A DNA stretch of 64,000 nt from a virus (lineage: Duplodnaviria; Caudoviricetes), in the IMG/VR virus record IMGVR_UViG_3300031998_000004; one strand, written 5' to 3'. The notes beneath the pieces are model-generated. The model saw only the letters and a list, made by a program, of their open reading frames with translations, searched no databases and had not been told where the DNA came from. Position numbers and translations under genes: made by a program. This document shows positions 50,065-59,970 of this stretch, in pieces. Position 1 is the stretch's first letter; each line of letters starts with the position of its first letter.

Positions 50065-50640
50065 ATGAAAACCTTACGAGAAAGCTTGTTTGATAAAGAT
50101 ATAATCGAGAAAGACCCAATTGATTTTACTGAGTTTAAGAATCTTTGTAAGAGACCCGAGACTCGTGCGGATATATTTAAGATTATCATGGCTATTATGA
50201 TGACTCCGAATAATTACATACCCGATTGGTACATAACTACTTATAAAGAAAATGATAGAGTCCTGGACTATATTATTAATGCTTTGCGTGATCAATTCAA
50301 AAAGAATGGTTGTACTTGGTTTGATGTTGAAGATGGAGACTTCGAAGAAGCTGGTGATGAGATGACTGATGAGGAAATCGACAAGGCAAACGAATGGTTA
50401 AGAGAGTTCTTCAATAAAGCAATAGAAGATGATTGTGGATGTAGGTTTAAGATATGTAAAGGTAAGATTCCAGACTTCCTCAAAAAACTCTTCAAAAATA
50501 CAGGGTATTGGTTCGATAAACTGAATCAGATAGATACTTGGGCTGTTGGGTATTATAGAAATGGAGAACAAATCCTATCATTCTATGGCTGTCCAAAAGG
50601 TCTCGATCCTACCGTTAAAAAACTATTATATAATCAATGA
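50065..50640 (+). CDS. MKxLxE-SLFD family protein
   Basis: Start at MKTLRESLFDKDII. Confidence 0.75.
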   Translation: MKTLRESLFDKDIIEKDPIDFTEFKNLCKRPETRADIFKIIMAIMMTPNNYIPDWYITTYKENDRVLDYIINALRDQFKKNGCTWFDVEDGDFEEAGDEMTDEEIDKANEWLREFFNKAIEDDCGCRFKICKGKIPDFLKKLFKNTGYWFDKLNQIDTWAVGYYRNGEQILSFYGCPKGLDPTVKKLLYNQ

Positions 50641-51188
50641 AGACTCTCAGAGAAAGCCTGTTTGATGATAATCTTGTATCAAAAGATATAAGATTGGGAG
50701 ATCTGTATGAGTTGGAGTTTGTTCATTTACAAAGTCCTTATTGTTTTAATAAACTATATACAAAAAGAATTATCTCACAGAATTCGAAATTGGCTGACGA
50801 AAAGGACCTTAAGAAATATTGGTATTATTATGGTTCGGATAAGAATTATAAAACCCCACCACCAGAGATGGAAGCCGTGAGTAATGTAATTATTGGAGAA
50901 ATAGAAAAATTTCCAATGTATAAAGCACAAGGCGAACCACGAGGAAATGGGTTTTTGTATGTGTTTATTCAAGGACCAGATGACCCGTTTTCTAATGCAC
51001 TGAGACAATATTTACACGAATTTATAGACCCATATATTGTTGCGATGCAACCACATCGGATTTATGTGGATACTAATTATAAGTATCATAAACAAGAAGG
51101 ATACATTCAAGTTAAAATTGGTAAAAACACAAATCGAGGAAGATCAAGTATTCCAGATAGTATAGAATTTGTATTTAGAAAAAAATGA
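50637..51188 (+). CDS. MKxLxE-SLFD family protein
   Basis: MKTLRESLFDDNLV. Confidence 0.75.
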   Translation: MKTLRESLFDDNLVSKDIRLGDLYELEFVHLQSPYCFNKLYTKRIISQNSKLADEKDLKKYWYYYGSDKNYKTPPPEMEAVSNVIIGEIEKFPMYKAQGEPRGNGFLYVFIQGPDDPFSNALRQYLHEFIDPYIVAMQPHRIYVDTNYKYHKQEGYIQVKIGKNTNRGRSSIPDSIEFVFRKK

Positions 51189-51844
51189 AACACTTAAAAA
51201 CATATATAGAATGTGATGCTGGAATCACCGCGACTCCCACAAATACCATGGGTATGGGTAATCCAGGAGAGATCGCTCCAGACACTCTTTCCGAACCCAT
51301 CGGTGGAACAGCGAAGTCTGAAGTGGAGAAGAAAAAGAAAAAGAAGAAAATGAAGTCTCTGGCGGAATCTCTTTTCGATATTGACAATAATGTTACAAAC
51401 GACTTAACTTTTGGTGGAACATTTAAGTTGGTTAATATAGAAACAAAAGACTCATTATCTAGGCCAGGACATGGACAAACTAGAGGCAGAATGGTGAAAA
51501 TGAAAAGTAAACCTGAGGATATGTACAAGGTGAGTTTAATATCAAAACACTCTGGCTTGAAGGTCAATAAAGATATGGAGTCAATAGCAGCTGCTCTAGC
51601 TGTTATAGTTGAGAAAATCCCATTTACTGCTGAGTCTATAAAAATGTCTTTATATGATTTTTCTCAAACAACTTTAAAACCACTCAAACAATACTATTCA
51701 TCTAATGTAGGAGCTGGATATTTGAGTATGGGTGCTGATGTATATGCACACACACCAGACTGGAAGAGAGATGTCGATGTGTTAGATGCCCATGAAGTGG
51801 ATATAGATTTCTTGAACATAAAATTACACTACGTTAAAAAATGA
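51185..51844 (+). CDS. Fusion: small leader peptide, poly-Lys linker and MKxLxE-SLFD family protein
   Basis: MKHLKTYIEC...KKKKKKK-MKSLAESLFD (internal ATG at 51350). Confidence 0.7.
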   Translation: MKHLKTYIECDAGITATPTNTMGMGNPGEIAPDTLSEPIGGTAKSEVEKKKKKKKMKSLAESLFDIDNNVTNDLTFGGTFKLVNIETKDSLSRPGHGQTRGRMVKMKSKPEDMYKVSLISKHSGLKVNKDMESIAAALAVIVEKIPFTAESIKMSLYDFSQTTLKPLKQYYSSNVGAGYLSMGADVYAHTPDWKRDVDVLDAHEVDIDFLNIKLHYVKK

Positions 51845-52368
51845 AGACATTAGTGGAGAGTTTATTTGACGACAATATTAAAAAAGACATCCATCTCGGA
51901 GACTTACTCGAACTCGAAAAATGGGATACACCAGAGGCATGGGATGACGATATAATATCTAAAATGTTGAGAGCAAACTACGATATGAAGAAAGCAAAAT
52001 CCCTCATAAACAAACCCAAGTGGAAGAAGTTTTTAGAACCATATCGTGATGAATATAAAAAACCCCCAACTAATTATATTAATGCTAAATACAATTGGGA
52101 AACGATTTGTTGGTATTTGACTTGGGTGGCGCTGAGTTGTGGTTCTGGAAAAGAAGCAGAGACAAAACTTGTAGAATATTTGAAAGATATATCTTACGAA
52201 GATGAATTGGCTGATGAATTCACAATCAATGAGGTGGAAGTAATATCTCTTAATCGATCATTTATGAACGGGCTACCAAGAATGATAGTATTCAAGTTCC
52301 ATACGAGATACGACAATATAAAAGAAGGAGTTAAAATACTTTATATGACATTAAAAAAGAAGGACTAA
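51841..52368 (+). CDS. MKxLxE-SLFD family protein
   Basis: MKTLVESLFDDNI. Confidence 0.75.
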   Translation: MKTLVESLFDDNIKKDIHLGDLLELEKWDTPEAWDDDIISKMLRANYDMKKAKSLINKPKWKKFLEPYRDEYKKPPTNYINAKYNWETICWYLTWVALSCGSGKEAETKLVEYLKDISYEDELADEFTINEVEVISLNRSFMNGLPRMIVFKFHTRYDNIKEGVKILYMTLKKKD

Positions 52369-52385
52369 CGTCCTTCTTTCTTTTT
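52356..52385. terminator. Bidirectional intrinsic terminator
   Basis: AAAGAAGGAC-TAAC-GTCCTTCTTT plus T-run. Confidence 0.8.
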
Positions 52386-52613
52386 ATCCACCAACGCGGC
52401 TATGTATGTTCCTGCCGCAGCCACCATACATATTAATCCAAAACAAATCAGAAACATCATTTACTTGGTTGACTTATCGTTTTTTAATTCAGGGAACTGT
52501 GTAAGGAGGACTAACCGAGCCTCTTCACTGAGGTTCTGTGCGAGGAGCTTACGTGCCTGTTCTAATTCTAACTCTCTACTTTTCATACTATTATAGGTTT
52601 ATTTATAATAATA

Positions 52614-53024
52614 CTAACACCCATGCGCATATTTACCGAAACGTTTGTATAAAATAGTCGAAATCTTCTTTTTAACGTCTCGGTTCACCTGATAGTAACG
52701 TTTCTGGTTGTAAACCAAGCAAGGAAGTTCCAGACCCCTGATAGTCTCTTCAAAGACCGGGTAAAGATGATATGTATCCATTCCGGGTACATCTCCATAC
52801 ATTGAACGAAAGATACTATGTTCTTCTTTGAAGGTCCCCGTAGGAATCTTGGTGGTCTTCTTTGCTCCCCAAAATAATTTTTTCTGTCTGGGAGTTAACG
52901 CAAATGAACCCTCACGCGGAATCAGGGTACTACCACTGTTGGATATCTTATAGTTCTTAAGGATCATCTTATCGCTCTCTGCCTGGAGCTGTTTGGGATC
53001 AAGGTGGTTGTCAAATACACTCAT
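52614..53024 (-). CDS. MSIFD-motif family protein
   Basis: MSVFDNHL. Confidence 0.7.
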   Translation of the reverse strand: MSVFDNHLDPKQLQAESDKMILKNYKISNSGSTLIPREGSFALTPRQKKLFWGAKKTTKIPTGTFKEEHSIFRSMYGDVPGMDTYHLYPVFEETIRGLELPCLVYNQKRYYQVNRDVKKKISTILYKRFGKYAHGC

Positions 53025-53027
53025 ATT

Positions 53028-53453
53028 CTAAAATTTATAAATTTTCTTATGTTGAAAGGCTCTTCTTCTTATTACTTGAGAGATCCAATATTCATTAAAT
53101 GCATTATATAAAGGCCAAAGTACCGCTTTATCAAAATAAATTTGATTCTTAAAAATCAGTTTTCTTATGTCCGGGTGTCCAAACCCATGTGCGAATTTAG
53201 AAAAATCCCATTCCGAAGGAAGATCATAATTATCAAGCATCCTTGCTATATCAGCAACACCTTCATTCATATAAAAATCCCAAACAACACTTATTGGAAC
53301 AAACATCCTACCAGAGCGGCTCCTAAGCGCATCAGTAAATGTTCCAGACTTCTCTACTAAAACAATTGCTCCATAATCGGTTGAAAAAAACCAATTGTAA
53401 TGCTCAAGAATGAAGTCGTCTTGATTGGTGATATGATCACTAAATATACTCAT
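53028..53453 (-). CDS. MSIFD-motif family protein
   Basis: Start at MSIFSDHI. Confidence 0.7.
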   Translation of the reverse strand: MSIFSDHITNQDDFILEHYNWFFSTDYGAIVLVEKSGTFTDALRSRSGRMFVPISVVWDFYMNEGVADIARMLDNYDLPSEWDFSKFAHGFGHPDIRKLIFKNQIYFDKAVLWPLYNAFNEYWISQVIRRRAFQHKKIYKF

Positions 53454-53461
53454 ATATTTAA

Positions 53462-53899
53462 TTACCAAATAACTTCAGAATCTTTAAGTATATATAAAAA
53501 CAATTGCTCCGCAAGATGACTCATCATTCCATGAGGAATAATATAGAAAGGAGTATCTTTGTATGTAATAAATTCACCAATATCACTAAATAACTTCATC
53601 GGATATATAACAACGCCCACATTATGTTCTTCTAGTTCCCGTTCGACTATAAATTTAAATTGCTCATCAGTAATCTTCCCAATATATCCCGGACACATAG
53701 TATATATAATGTTCATCAATTCATCAAAACAAAGTAATCTCTGACCATTATATTCTTTTTCATATTCGCGACGTGGAAGAAGTTCAACAATAGTGCAGTG
53801 TCCTTTTCCGTCCGGCCCCACAGCTGGTATAAACCTTTGATTTATTAAACGGTATTCGGCTTCTTTGTCATACCCGTCTATTGAAGAAAATATACTCAT
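53462..53899 (-). CDS. MSIFD-motif family protein
   Basis: MSIFSSI. Confidence 0.7.
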   Translation of the reverse strand: MSIFSSIDGYDKEAEYRLINQRFIPAVGPDGKGHCTIVELLPRREYEKEYNGQRLLCFDELMNIIYTMCPGYIGKITDEQFKFIVERELEEHNVGVVIYPMKLFSDIGEFITYKDTPFYIIPHGMMSHLAEQLFLYILKDSEVIW

Positions 53900-54366
53900 T
53901 TCTTATGCGTGCGTTTGAAATACTTCGAGTTACACGTTTCTTTGGATATATAATTAAACATCGTCTCAATGATTCTATTTTTAAGACTAGATGGATTGGC
54001 ATCATACAAATCGGTTTTAATATAGGTGTCTCCTTTATATTGCAAAACGCCACACTCCGTAATCATTCTATTAAATCGAACCATAAGATTTCCCTCGTCC
54101 AGTTTACTTAATTCAATCTTGCCTCTGTCTTTTTTCGAGACAATATCTCGTATACTATCGAGTGTTCTACCTACATAGTAAAAGAAAACATACATCGGGT
54201 TATAATATACACTACCATGAGGATAACTAAACTTACCATCAAGATTTTTAGGAAAGAGTCCTTTCCGAATCCTTTTCCCCTTCACATAATCCCATTCGAG
54301 ATTGTAAAGCTGCTCGATAGTATCATCGTTGGTTGCCTGGATGTTGTCGTTGCCAAATATACTCAT
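53896..54366 (-). CDS. MSIFD-motif family protein
   Basis: MSIFGNDNI. Confidence 0.7.
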   Translation of the reverse strand: MSIFGNDNIQATNDDTIEQLYNLEWDYVKGKRIRKGLFPKNLDGKFSYPHGSVYYNPMYVFFYYVGRTLDSIRDIVSKKDRGKIELSKLDEGNLMVRFNRMITECGVLQYKGDTYIKTDLYDANPSSLKNRIIETMFNYISKETCNSKYFKRTHKK

Positions 54367-54369
54367 GAC

Positions 54370-54828
54370 CTACTTATAATCGTAATTAAGTTTATACTTA
54401 TATATCGGATATATACTACTTATATACTTTGCAAAGGACCTAATCAACCAATAATGATTTTGTTTTTCGTAATATTTGTGTTTTTTGTAAGTGATGTATT
54501 TTCCGTTTTCAATATCCTGAAAAAAGATCTTTTCAAGATCACGGATATGCCTCAACTCAACGTGTTTTCTAACCTTAATGTTTGCTGCTCCTTTTTTGTG
54601 AGATGTTCGAAGATCTATTTCAATCATCGTAACAGCCCCCTGATATATATCCCAAAAGTCAGTATTTCTCTTATCTACATACTCTACACCATCATATCTT
54701 ATAGACCACACATCATTATATGCAGGGTCTTCACTCTTGAAAAAACTGTATCTTTTCATCTGGTCCGCGTGTTCTTCAAGAAAGGCGTCGTTAATTCCTT
54801 CTTCGGTTGTTCTATCAAATACACTCAT
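54370..54828 (-). CDS. MSIFD-motif family protein
   Basis: MSVFDRT. Confidence 0.7.
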   Translation of the reverse strand: MSVFDRTTEEGINDAFLEEHADQMKRYSFFKSEDPAYNDVWSIRYDGVEYVDKRNTDFWDIYQGAVTMIEIDLRTSHKKGAANIKVRKHVELRHIRDLEKIFFQDIENGKYITYKKHKYYEKQNHYWLIRSFAKYISSIYPIYKYKLNYDYK

Positions 54829-54831
54829 ATC

Positions 54832-55290
54832 TTATTCAAGTGGTCCGTCCCAATGGAACTTGTGTTTCTCACAATACTTTAAAATCAAGTTAATTTCATA
54901 CATGGTATGAAAACTACGAACATCCCGCCAACAAAAATAGAGGAGCCCTTTGTACATATGCGCTCTTATTTCTCCATTATCATATGCCTTTTGAATAGCT
55001 CGGAGGTAGTGTCTTTTATCTATACGAATATTAGAAAATTCCTCTACATGATACTGTTTTGCCATCTTATAGGTTCTCCAAGGCCTCCAATCATTATACG
55101 CAGCTATAGCAGTGCAGTAATCTCCGCGATCCCATATATCATGGGGTGCTTTGTTCATTCTTGGATATAACCATCCATCGCTCCTACCCCATGCACCATT
55201 CCACAAGGGAGCGTCCGAGTCCTCAGATCTTTCGTACCACTGGCTAAGGATTTCGTCAGATTCTACTATATGATTGGTAAATATACTCAT
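54832..55290 (-). CDS. MSIFD-motif family protein
   Basis: MSIFTNHI. Confidence 0.7.
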   Translation of the reverse strand: MSIFTNHIVESDEILSQWYERSEDSDAPLWNGAWGRSDGWLYPRMNKAPHDIWDRGDYCTAIAAYNDWRPWRTYKMAKQYHVEEFSNIRIDKRHYLRAIQKAYDNGEIRAHMYKGLLYFCWRDVRSFHTMYEINLILKYCEKHKFHWDGPLE

Positions 55291-55685
55291 AGTCCGTGAT
55301 GTCTTAAAATTATGTCTCTATCCATATCGTTTTCAAAACGACATAAATCTCCAACATTGTAATAAGTCTCTCCATTCAGAATCAGGATTCTAACATCACC
55401 GCTGGCTACCTTTCTGGAGAGTTTGTTGATATAAGTCTGTCTTCTAGGTTGATAGCTGATTCGGAACCCAGCAAAGTAGTTTCGTTTTCCGGCGAGATAA
55501 GTCTCCCAAGCTTCTTCAAGTATAATATAAGAAGTGTGTTTGTATGTGGAGCCACGATCTCCCTTATCGATAAGGTAAGTCCGGTCTTCTCTCTTACCAC
55601 GATCAACATTGGTATAATATCCCAACTCGAACTTTTCGAGAATTATATCGTCTGCTTTGGCTATATGATCTTCAAATACACTCAT
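55287..55685 (-). CDS. MSIFD-motif family protein
   Basis: MSVFEDHI. Confidence 0.7.
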   Translation of the reverse strand: MSVFEDHIAKADDIILEKFELGYYTNVDRGKREDRTYLIDKGDRGSTYKHTSYIILEEAWETYLAGKRNYFAGFRISYQPRRQTYINKLSRKVASGDVRILILNGETYYNVGDLCRFENDMDRDIILRHHGL

Positions 55686-55751
55686 GTATATATTTACTAA
55701 AACTCTCTCAAATCTTTAGTTTTTGCTATCATACTTCGTGTATAACAAAAG

Positions 55752-55789
55752 AAAAAAGAAGAGATGATAAAATGGTCATCTCTTCTTTT
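55752..55789 (-). terminator. Intrinsic terminator after ssb
   Basis: AAAAGAAGAGATGA-8nt-TCATCTCTTCTTTT. Confidence 0.8.
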
Positions 55790-55810
55790 CAAGCGCTTTA
55801 AATCGAATCT

Positions 55811-56902
55811 TTAGAAAGGAAGATCCTCACCAGGAGCAGCACCGAAAGCGGTCTCTATCTGTGCTTCGGGAGAAGCGGGAGCTTCTGCTACAGCAGCACC
55901 GGCTTCAATGAGAGGGTTGCCCTGCTTGAAATCCTCGTAAGAGATGTTCTCAGGATTCTTACCAGCAAGAACAATCTCAATCCACTGATTGACTTTCTTC
56001 TCGGTATTCTCATCCCATTCCTTCCAACCACACTCCTGACGGAGATCAAACGCATTCTCCTTTACATAATTGTAAGCAATCTCGTAAAGAGGACGGAGCT
56101 GAGGACGAAGTGCTTCAAGCTGGTTAGCAGCTGCCTTACGCTTGGCTTCGGTCTTTGCACCAGTGCTATCCTTGATAGCAGTTACATAGTTGTCAATCAC
56201 CTCGAGCTGCTCTTCGGTGAAGAGAGGAGTACCATCAGTCTTGATGATAGGTGCGTAATCACCAAAATCACAGAGATTGTAGTTAATCTCACGCTGCTTA
56301 CGCTGAGGATTTGCAGGGTCATCCGGACCAGGAACAACCTCCATGTTGAGTTCGAGACCAATAACATAATCCATTACAGGATAAGGGGTCTTCTTGGAGT
56401 CCTTACTCGGAGCCATGCGTGCCTTGAGCTTATCATGAATTGCCTGGGGAAGCTTCATTGCCATGAACTTACCAACGAGATCCGGCTTATTCTCATCTTC
56501 GAGAATCTGTACGATCACATAGTCGCTTTCATTTTTCTGGAAAAGACTCTTTGCACGTTCCTTCTCGGCATCGTCTCCTGAAAACCATAGCTTCTTCCAC
56601 GCCCTAAAAATCGGACAGTTTTTAAACTCCGGGTCGCTCGGTCCATTACCAAGGCGACTTCTTACGAGCATGCTTCCGTCTGCACTCTTAAGAAAATAAG
56701 TTGCCTGATGAACGATTGAGTCCTTGGGTGCGGTAGGATTATACACCACTCGCGCCTTACTGAGATAGTGACCAGACTCCGACTTGGTGTCCTTGGGATT
56801 AGTCTTGTAGATGTTAGCGTCATAGGAACGCTGCTCGGGTTCGTTGAATGCGGATACATCCTGAGGATTGAAACCCATTACCTCATCAATAAAATCTGCC
56901 AT
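55811..56902 (-). CDS. Single-stranded DNA-binding protein (gp32-like) with acidic DLPF tail
   Basis: CPI...W..L, VQILEDENKPDLVGK, NY..C.F; Ala/Glu linker and C-terminal EDLPF. Confidence 0.75.
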   Translation of the reverse strand: MADFIDEVMGFNPQDVSAFNEPEQRSYDANIYKTNPKDTKSESGHYLSKARVVYNPTAPKDSIVHQATYFLKSADGSMLVRSRLGNGPSDPEFKNCPIFRAWKKLWFSGDDAEKERAKSLFQKNESDYVIVQILEDENKPDLVGKFMAMKLPQAIHDKLKARMAPSKDSKKTPYPVMDYVIGLELNMEVVPGPDDPANPQRKQREINYNLCDFGDYAPIIKTDGTPLFTEEQLEVIDNYVTAIKDSTGAKTEAKRKAAANQLEALRPQLRPLYEIAYNYVKENAFDLRQECGWKEWDENTEKKVNQWIEIVLAGKNPENISYEDFKQGNPLIEAGAAVAEAPASPEAQIETAFGAAPGEDLPF

Positions 56903-56989
56903 AATTTGTTTAATTTATTTGAACTAATTTATTTGGTTAATTGTTGAAAATTGGCATTTCCAACTCTTTAAATAATATAGTAAAAATTG

Positions 56990-58768
56990 TCAATTATTTA
57001 ATTTTAAAATGTATTTTGTTTGTCCGCTATCATAGATTCTATAGTATCCTTTTGCTTTCATTATTTCAAACTCCGATTCACTTGGATTTTCGCCATTTTT
57101 TACCAATTCAGACTTTCTAAATTTAAATCTATGATATCGATTCATGTCTTTATCAATATACCAATATGAGTGTTTTGTAATTGATAAATAAGAAAATCCA
57201 AGAGTTTTATATAATTCTCCATTACTTATATCATTAGAAGAAAATGATTCAATAGAATTTGGATGATAATTATTAATAAAATACTTTAATAATTTACTTG
57301 CTCCTCCTGCTATACTTGTATTTAATTTATTACAAAATCTATATAATTCCCAATCATTTTGTTTACCTTTATTACCTAGAGATCCTCTCTTTTTTCCAAA
57401 GGCCATTAATGATACCAATTCATCGCCATAATACAAACCAACACGGATGGAAGAATTTACGTACCCTTGTAGATGATTATCATTTAAAAATTTTAACGCA
57501 TCAGAATTTGACACTATTTTAATATTGCATTTTCTAGCATATATCTTTCTTTGATATAATCCCAGGTTATGTAATAATATAGATTCTACTATATTGGGTT
57601 TATTTAATATTTGATCCTCCCAAAATGACAATAATTTAATACCAATTTCTCGACATTTTTTCCATTTATTATAATGATAATTACTATCTTTTAATGAATG
57701 CCAATAAATACCATTACATTCGATCGCAATATTGTGTTCCGGGATAAATATATCTAATTCTTTCCCATTTAATATACTTTTATTATTTGTCTCATAAAAT
57801 ACATTATATTTGTCGAGAATATCTCTTATAAATAATTCTATAGTAGTTCCTTTATTAGTATTGCCGGGACATAACACAACACATAACTCTCTATTTTCAT
57901 AATTTCTTACAAAGTATTTATCATAGGGAATAATAAATTCTTTTTCATTACATTTATTGCATTCTGGATGGGGACATTTACATTTAAAAAATTTACCGTC
58001 GAAATTTTCAATCCTATCAATTATTATATCAGAATTATTAATATGGTTTTGAATTCTTGTTTGTTTTGACTTATCATTCAATTCTTTATTTTGAAGAGGA
58101 TATATTGAGCCATATTTTTTAAGACGGGTTTGTTTGCCTTTTTCCTGTATTTCTTGAGATTGAAATGGATACTCTACTCCGAATTTTTTTAAATTATTCT
58201 GTTTAATTAATTCCAAATTAATATAATTTTCATCTCCGTATTTCTCTAATTTAGTATGTTTTGCTTTTTCAATAATTTTTTGTTTCTCCTCATCTGAACG
58301 AGTAGAAACTGTTTCATTTATTTTCTCTCGAATCTTCTTGTTAGACAAAGGAAACTCACACCCATATTTTTCTAAACATGTTTTTTTGCGCTTTTCTAAT
58401 ATAATATCATTGTAGTTTTCTCCATATCTATCAATCATGGTTTGTTTACATCTATTAACAAACCCATTATCCATTAGATATCTCTCTTTAAACGTTTCTT
58501 TTTGTTTCCGTAGTTTTTCTTTATCCGTATTTGCACAGTTAGAACAACAATATTTACCATACCCATGAGAATATGATATGAAATTAAGTTTTTTACCACA
58601 ATTTAAACAAACCGAATCTTTATCAATATGATATACATATTTGTATAATTTTTCGGCAAACACCCCATCAAAATTGTCCATCAAGTATTGATAAAATTCC
58701 GGATAGTTCTTTTTTATAAAAGATTCGGTTCTTTGCCCTCGAGTATTAAATGTTTCGGGTATGATCAT
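56990..58768 (-). mobile_element. Hef-like homing-endonuclease gene (KYG repeats, Vsr/DUF559-type nuclease, C-terminal GNAT-like domain)
   Basis: ELDIFIPEHNIAIECNGIYWHS, FWED; IYARKC...NHLQG...ELYRFC...GGASKL; very AT-rich. Confidence 0.8.
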
Positions 58769-58817
58769 ATCTATATAATAATATGGGGCACTTCTTTATT
58801 TAAATAAATATCAAATC

Positions 58818-59213
58818 TCACCACTTCATAGGATCAAAATTATTAATTTTCTGTTCCTCTCTAACAATCAATTTGCTTGGGATATTGACATTCAATATTT
58901 CAACATATCGAGAAATCCATAAAATGTTCTCCCTCCCATTAACATGATCAACAATCGCTACTGTAATATTAACATTCCAGTGATCATTATAATCGTGTAC
59001 AATCATCTTGGGATAACGATAATCACATTCCTCTAAATTACTATATGTATGATTAGCATAGAATAAATTATTGAATACGTTTGCAATCCTCTCCGGATCA
59101 AACATACAATAATTAGCAGTCTCTGAGAAATGTCCCAAAATCAACCCTCTCATTTGTGACACTATCTTCTCAAGAGTTATTTCATTGGTTATATTATTAT
59201 CAAATATACTCAT
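58818..59213 (-). CDS. MSIFD-motif family protein
   Basis: MSIFDNNI. Confidence 0.7.
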   Translation of the reverse strand: MSIFDNNITNEITLEKIVSQMRGLILGHFSETANYCMFDPERIANVFNNLFYANHTYSNLEECDYRYPKMIVHDYNDHWNVNITVAIVDHVNGRENILWISRYVEILNVNIPSKLIVREEQKINNFDPMKW

Positions 59214-59230
59214 ACAAAGGGGACTTTCGA

Positions 59231-59680
59231 TTATAACAATAAAACATCTCCCATCTCTTCAATCCGTTCAATCCGCTCATAAAGCAACTCTTGTTCTATA
59301 AGATCTGGATTAAACTGGGATATATACGGTATTAATAAATTCATCTAATATGAACTCATAGTTACCAGTACCATCCCAAGGACAATAGGGATCATCAAAT
59401 AGTTCAGCAATTAAACCAATACACTTTACCCTCATACGTCCAAAATTATATTTTTTCAATTGTCATCCTATTCATCAAGGCTCAAGAAAAATGTCTTCGT
59501 TGTATCTAGAATCATGGGCGAATACATCATAGACGCATATACAGGAGCTCGCTTACCGCCTTTTGTAGACCAATGACCAATATCAGTGGTTGCCCATATC
59601 AGGTCTCTTAATTCCTCCATGGTCTTTACTCGTCTGATATCAGATTCATCTTGAATCAAGTCTGGATTAAATATACTCAT
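59231..59680 (-). pseudogene. Disrupted MSIFNPDLI gene plus a decayed paralog fragment
   Basis: 59468-59680 stops at 70 aa; another frame continues QLKKYNFGRMRVK...YIPV; a further fragment reads ISQFNPDLIEQE. Confidence 0.5.
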
Positions 59681-59970
59681 CTAAATTCTACTGGTTCTTC
59701 TATATTAAATTTTTGATGATTAGGCCATGTTGGCTGGGTAACCTCGAGCTTCAAATGACCGAATCCCTCCCTATAACAAACTATATGCAAATGCGAATAT
59801 GCCTGTTGAACTCGTCGAACTATTTTCTTTACAGCCAATCCCGGATTATAACCAATATCATACATAATCCCTTCCGTGAGATTAAAGCCAAACTCCTCTT
59901 CACATAACATTTCAAAGTACGTTTGTGGGTCTGGTAGGGTCTGGATTATGTCTTTATCAAATATGCTCAT
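59677..59970 (-). CDS. MSIFD-motif family protein
   Basis: MSIFDKDII. Confidence 0.7.
   Translation of the reverse strand: MSIFDKDIIQTLPDPQTYFEMLCEEEFGFNLTEGIMYDIGYNPGLAVKKIVRRVQQAYSHLHIVCYREGFGHLKLEVTQPTWPNHQKFNIEEPVEFR

Noticed and set aside
54217-54882. 221-aa plus-strand ORF and other antisense ORFs in the track (e.g. 41798-42301, 37819-38244)
   Set aside because: Shadow frames opposite well-supported genes, with unnatural composition
59468-59470. TAG readthrough to extend the 70-aa gene
   Set aside because: Readthrough hits TGA after three codons; the plausible continuation is in another frame
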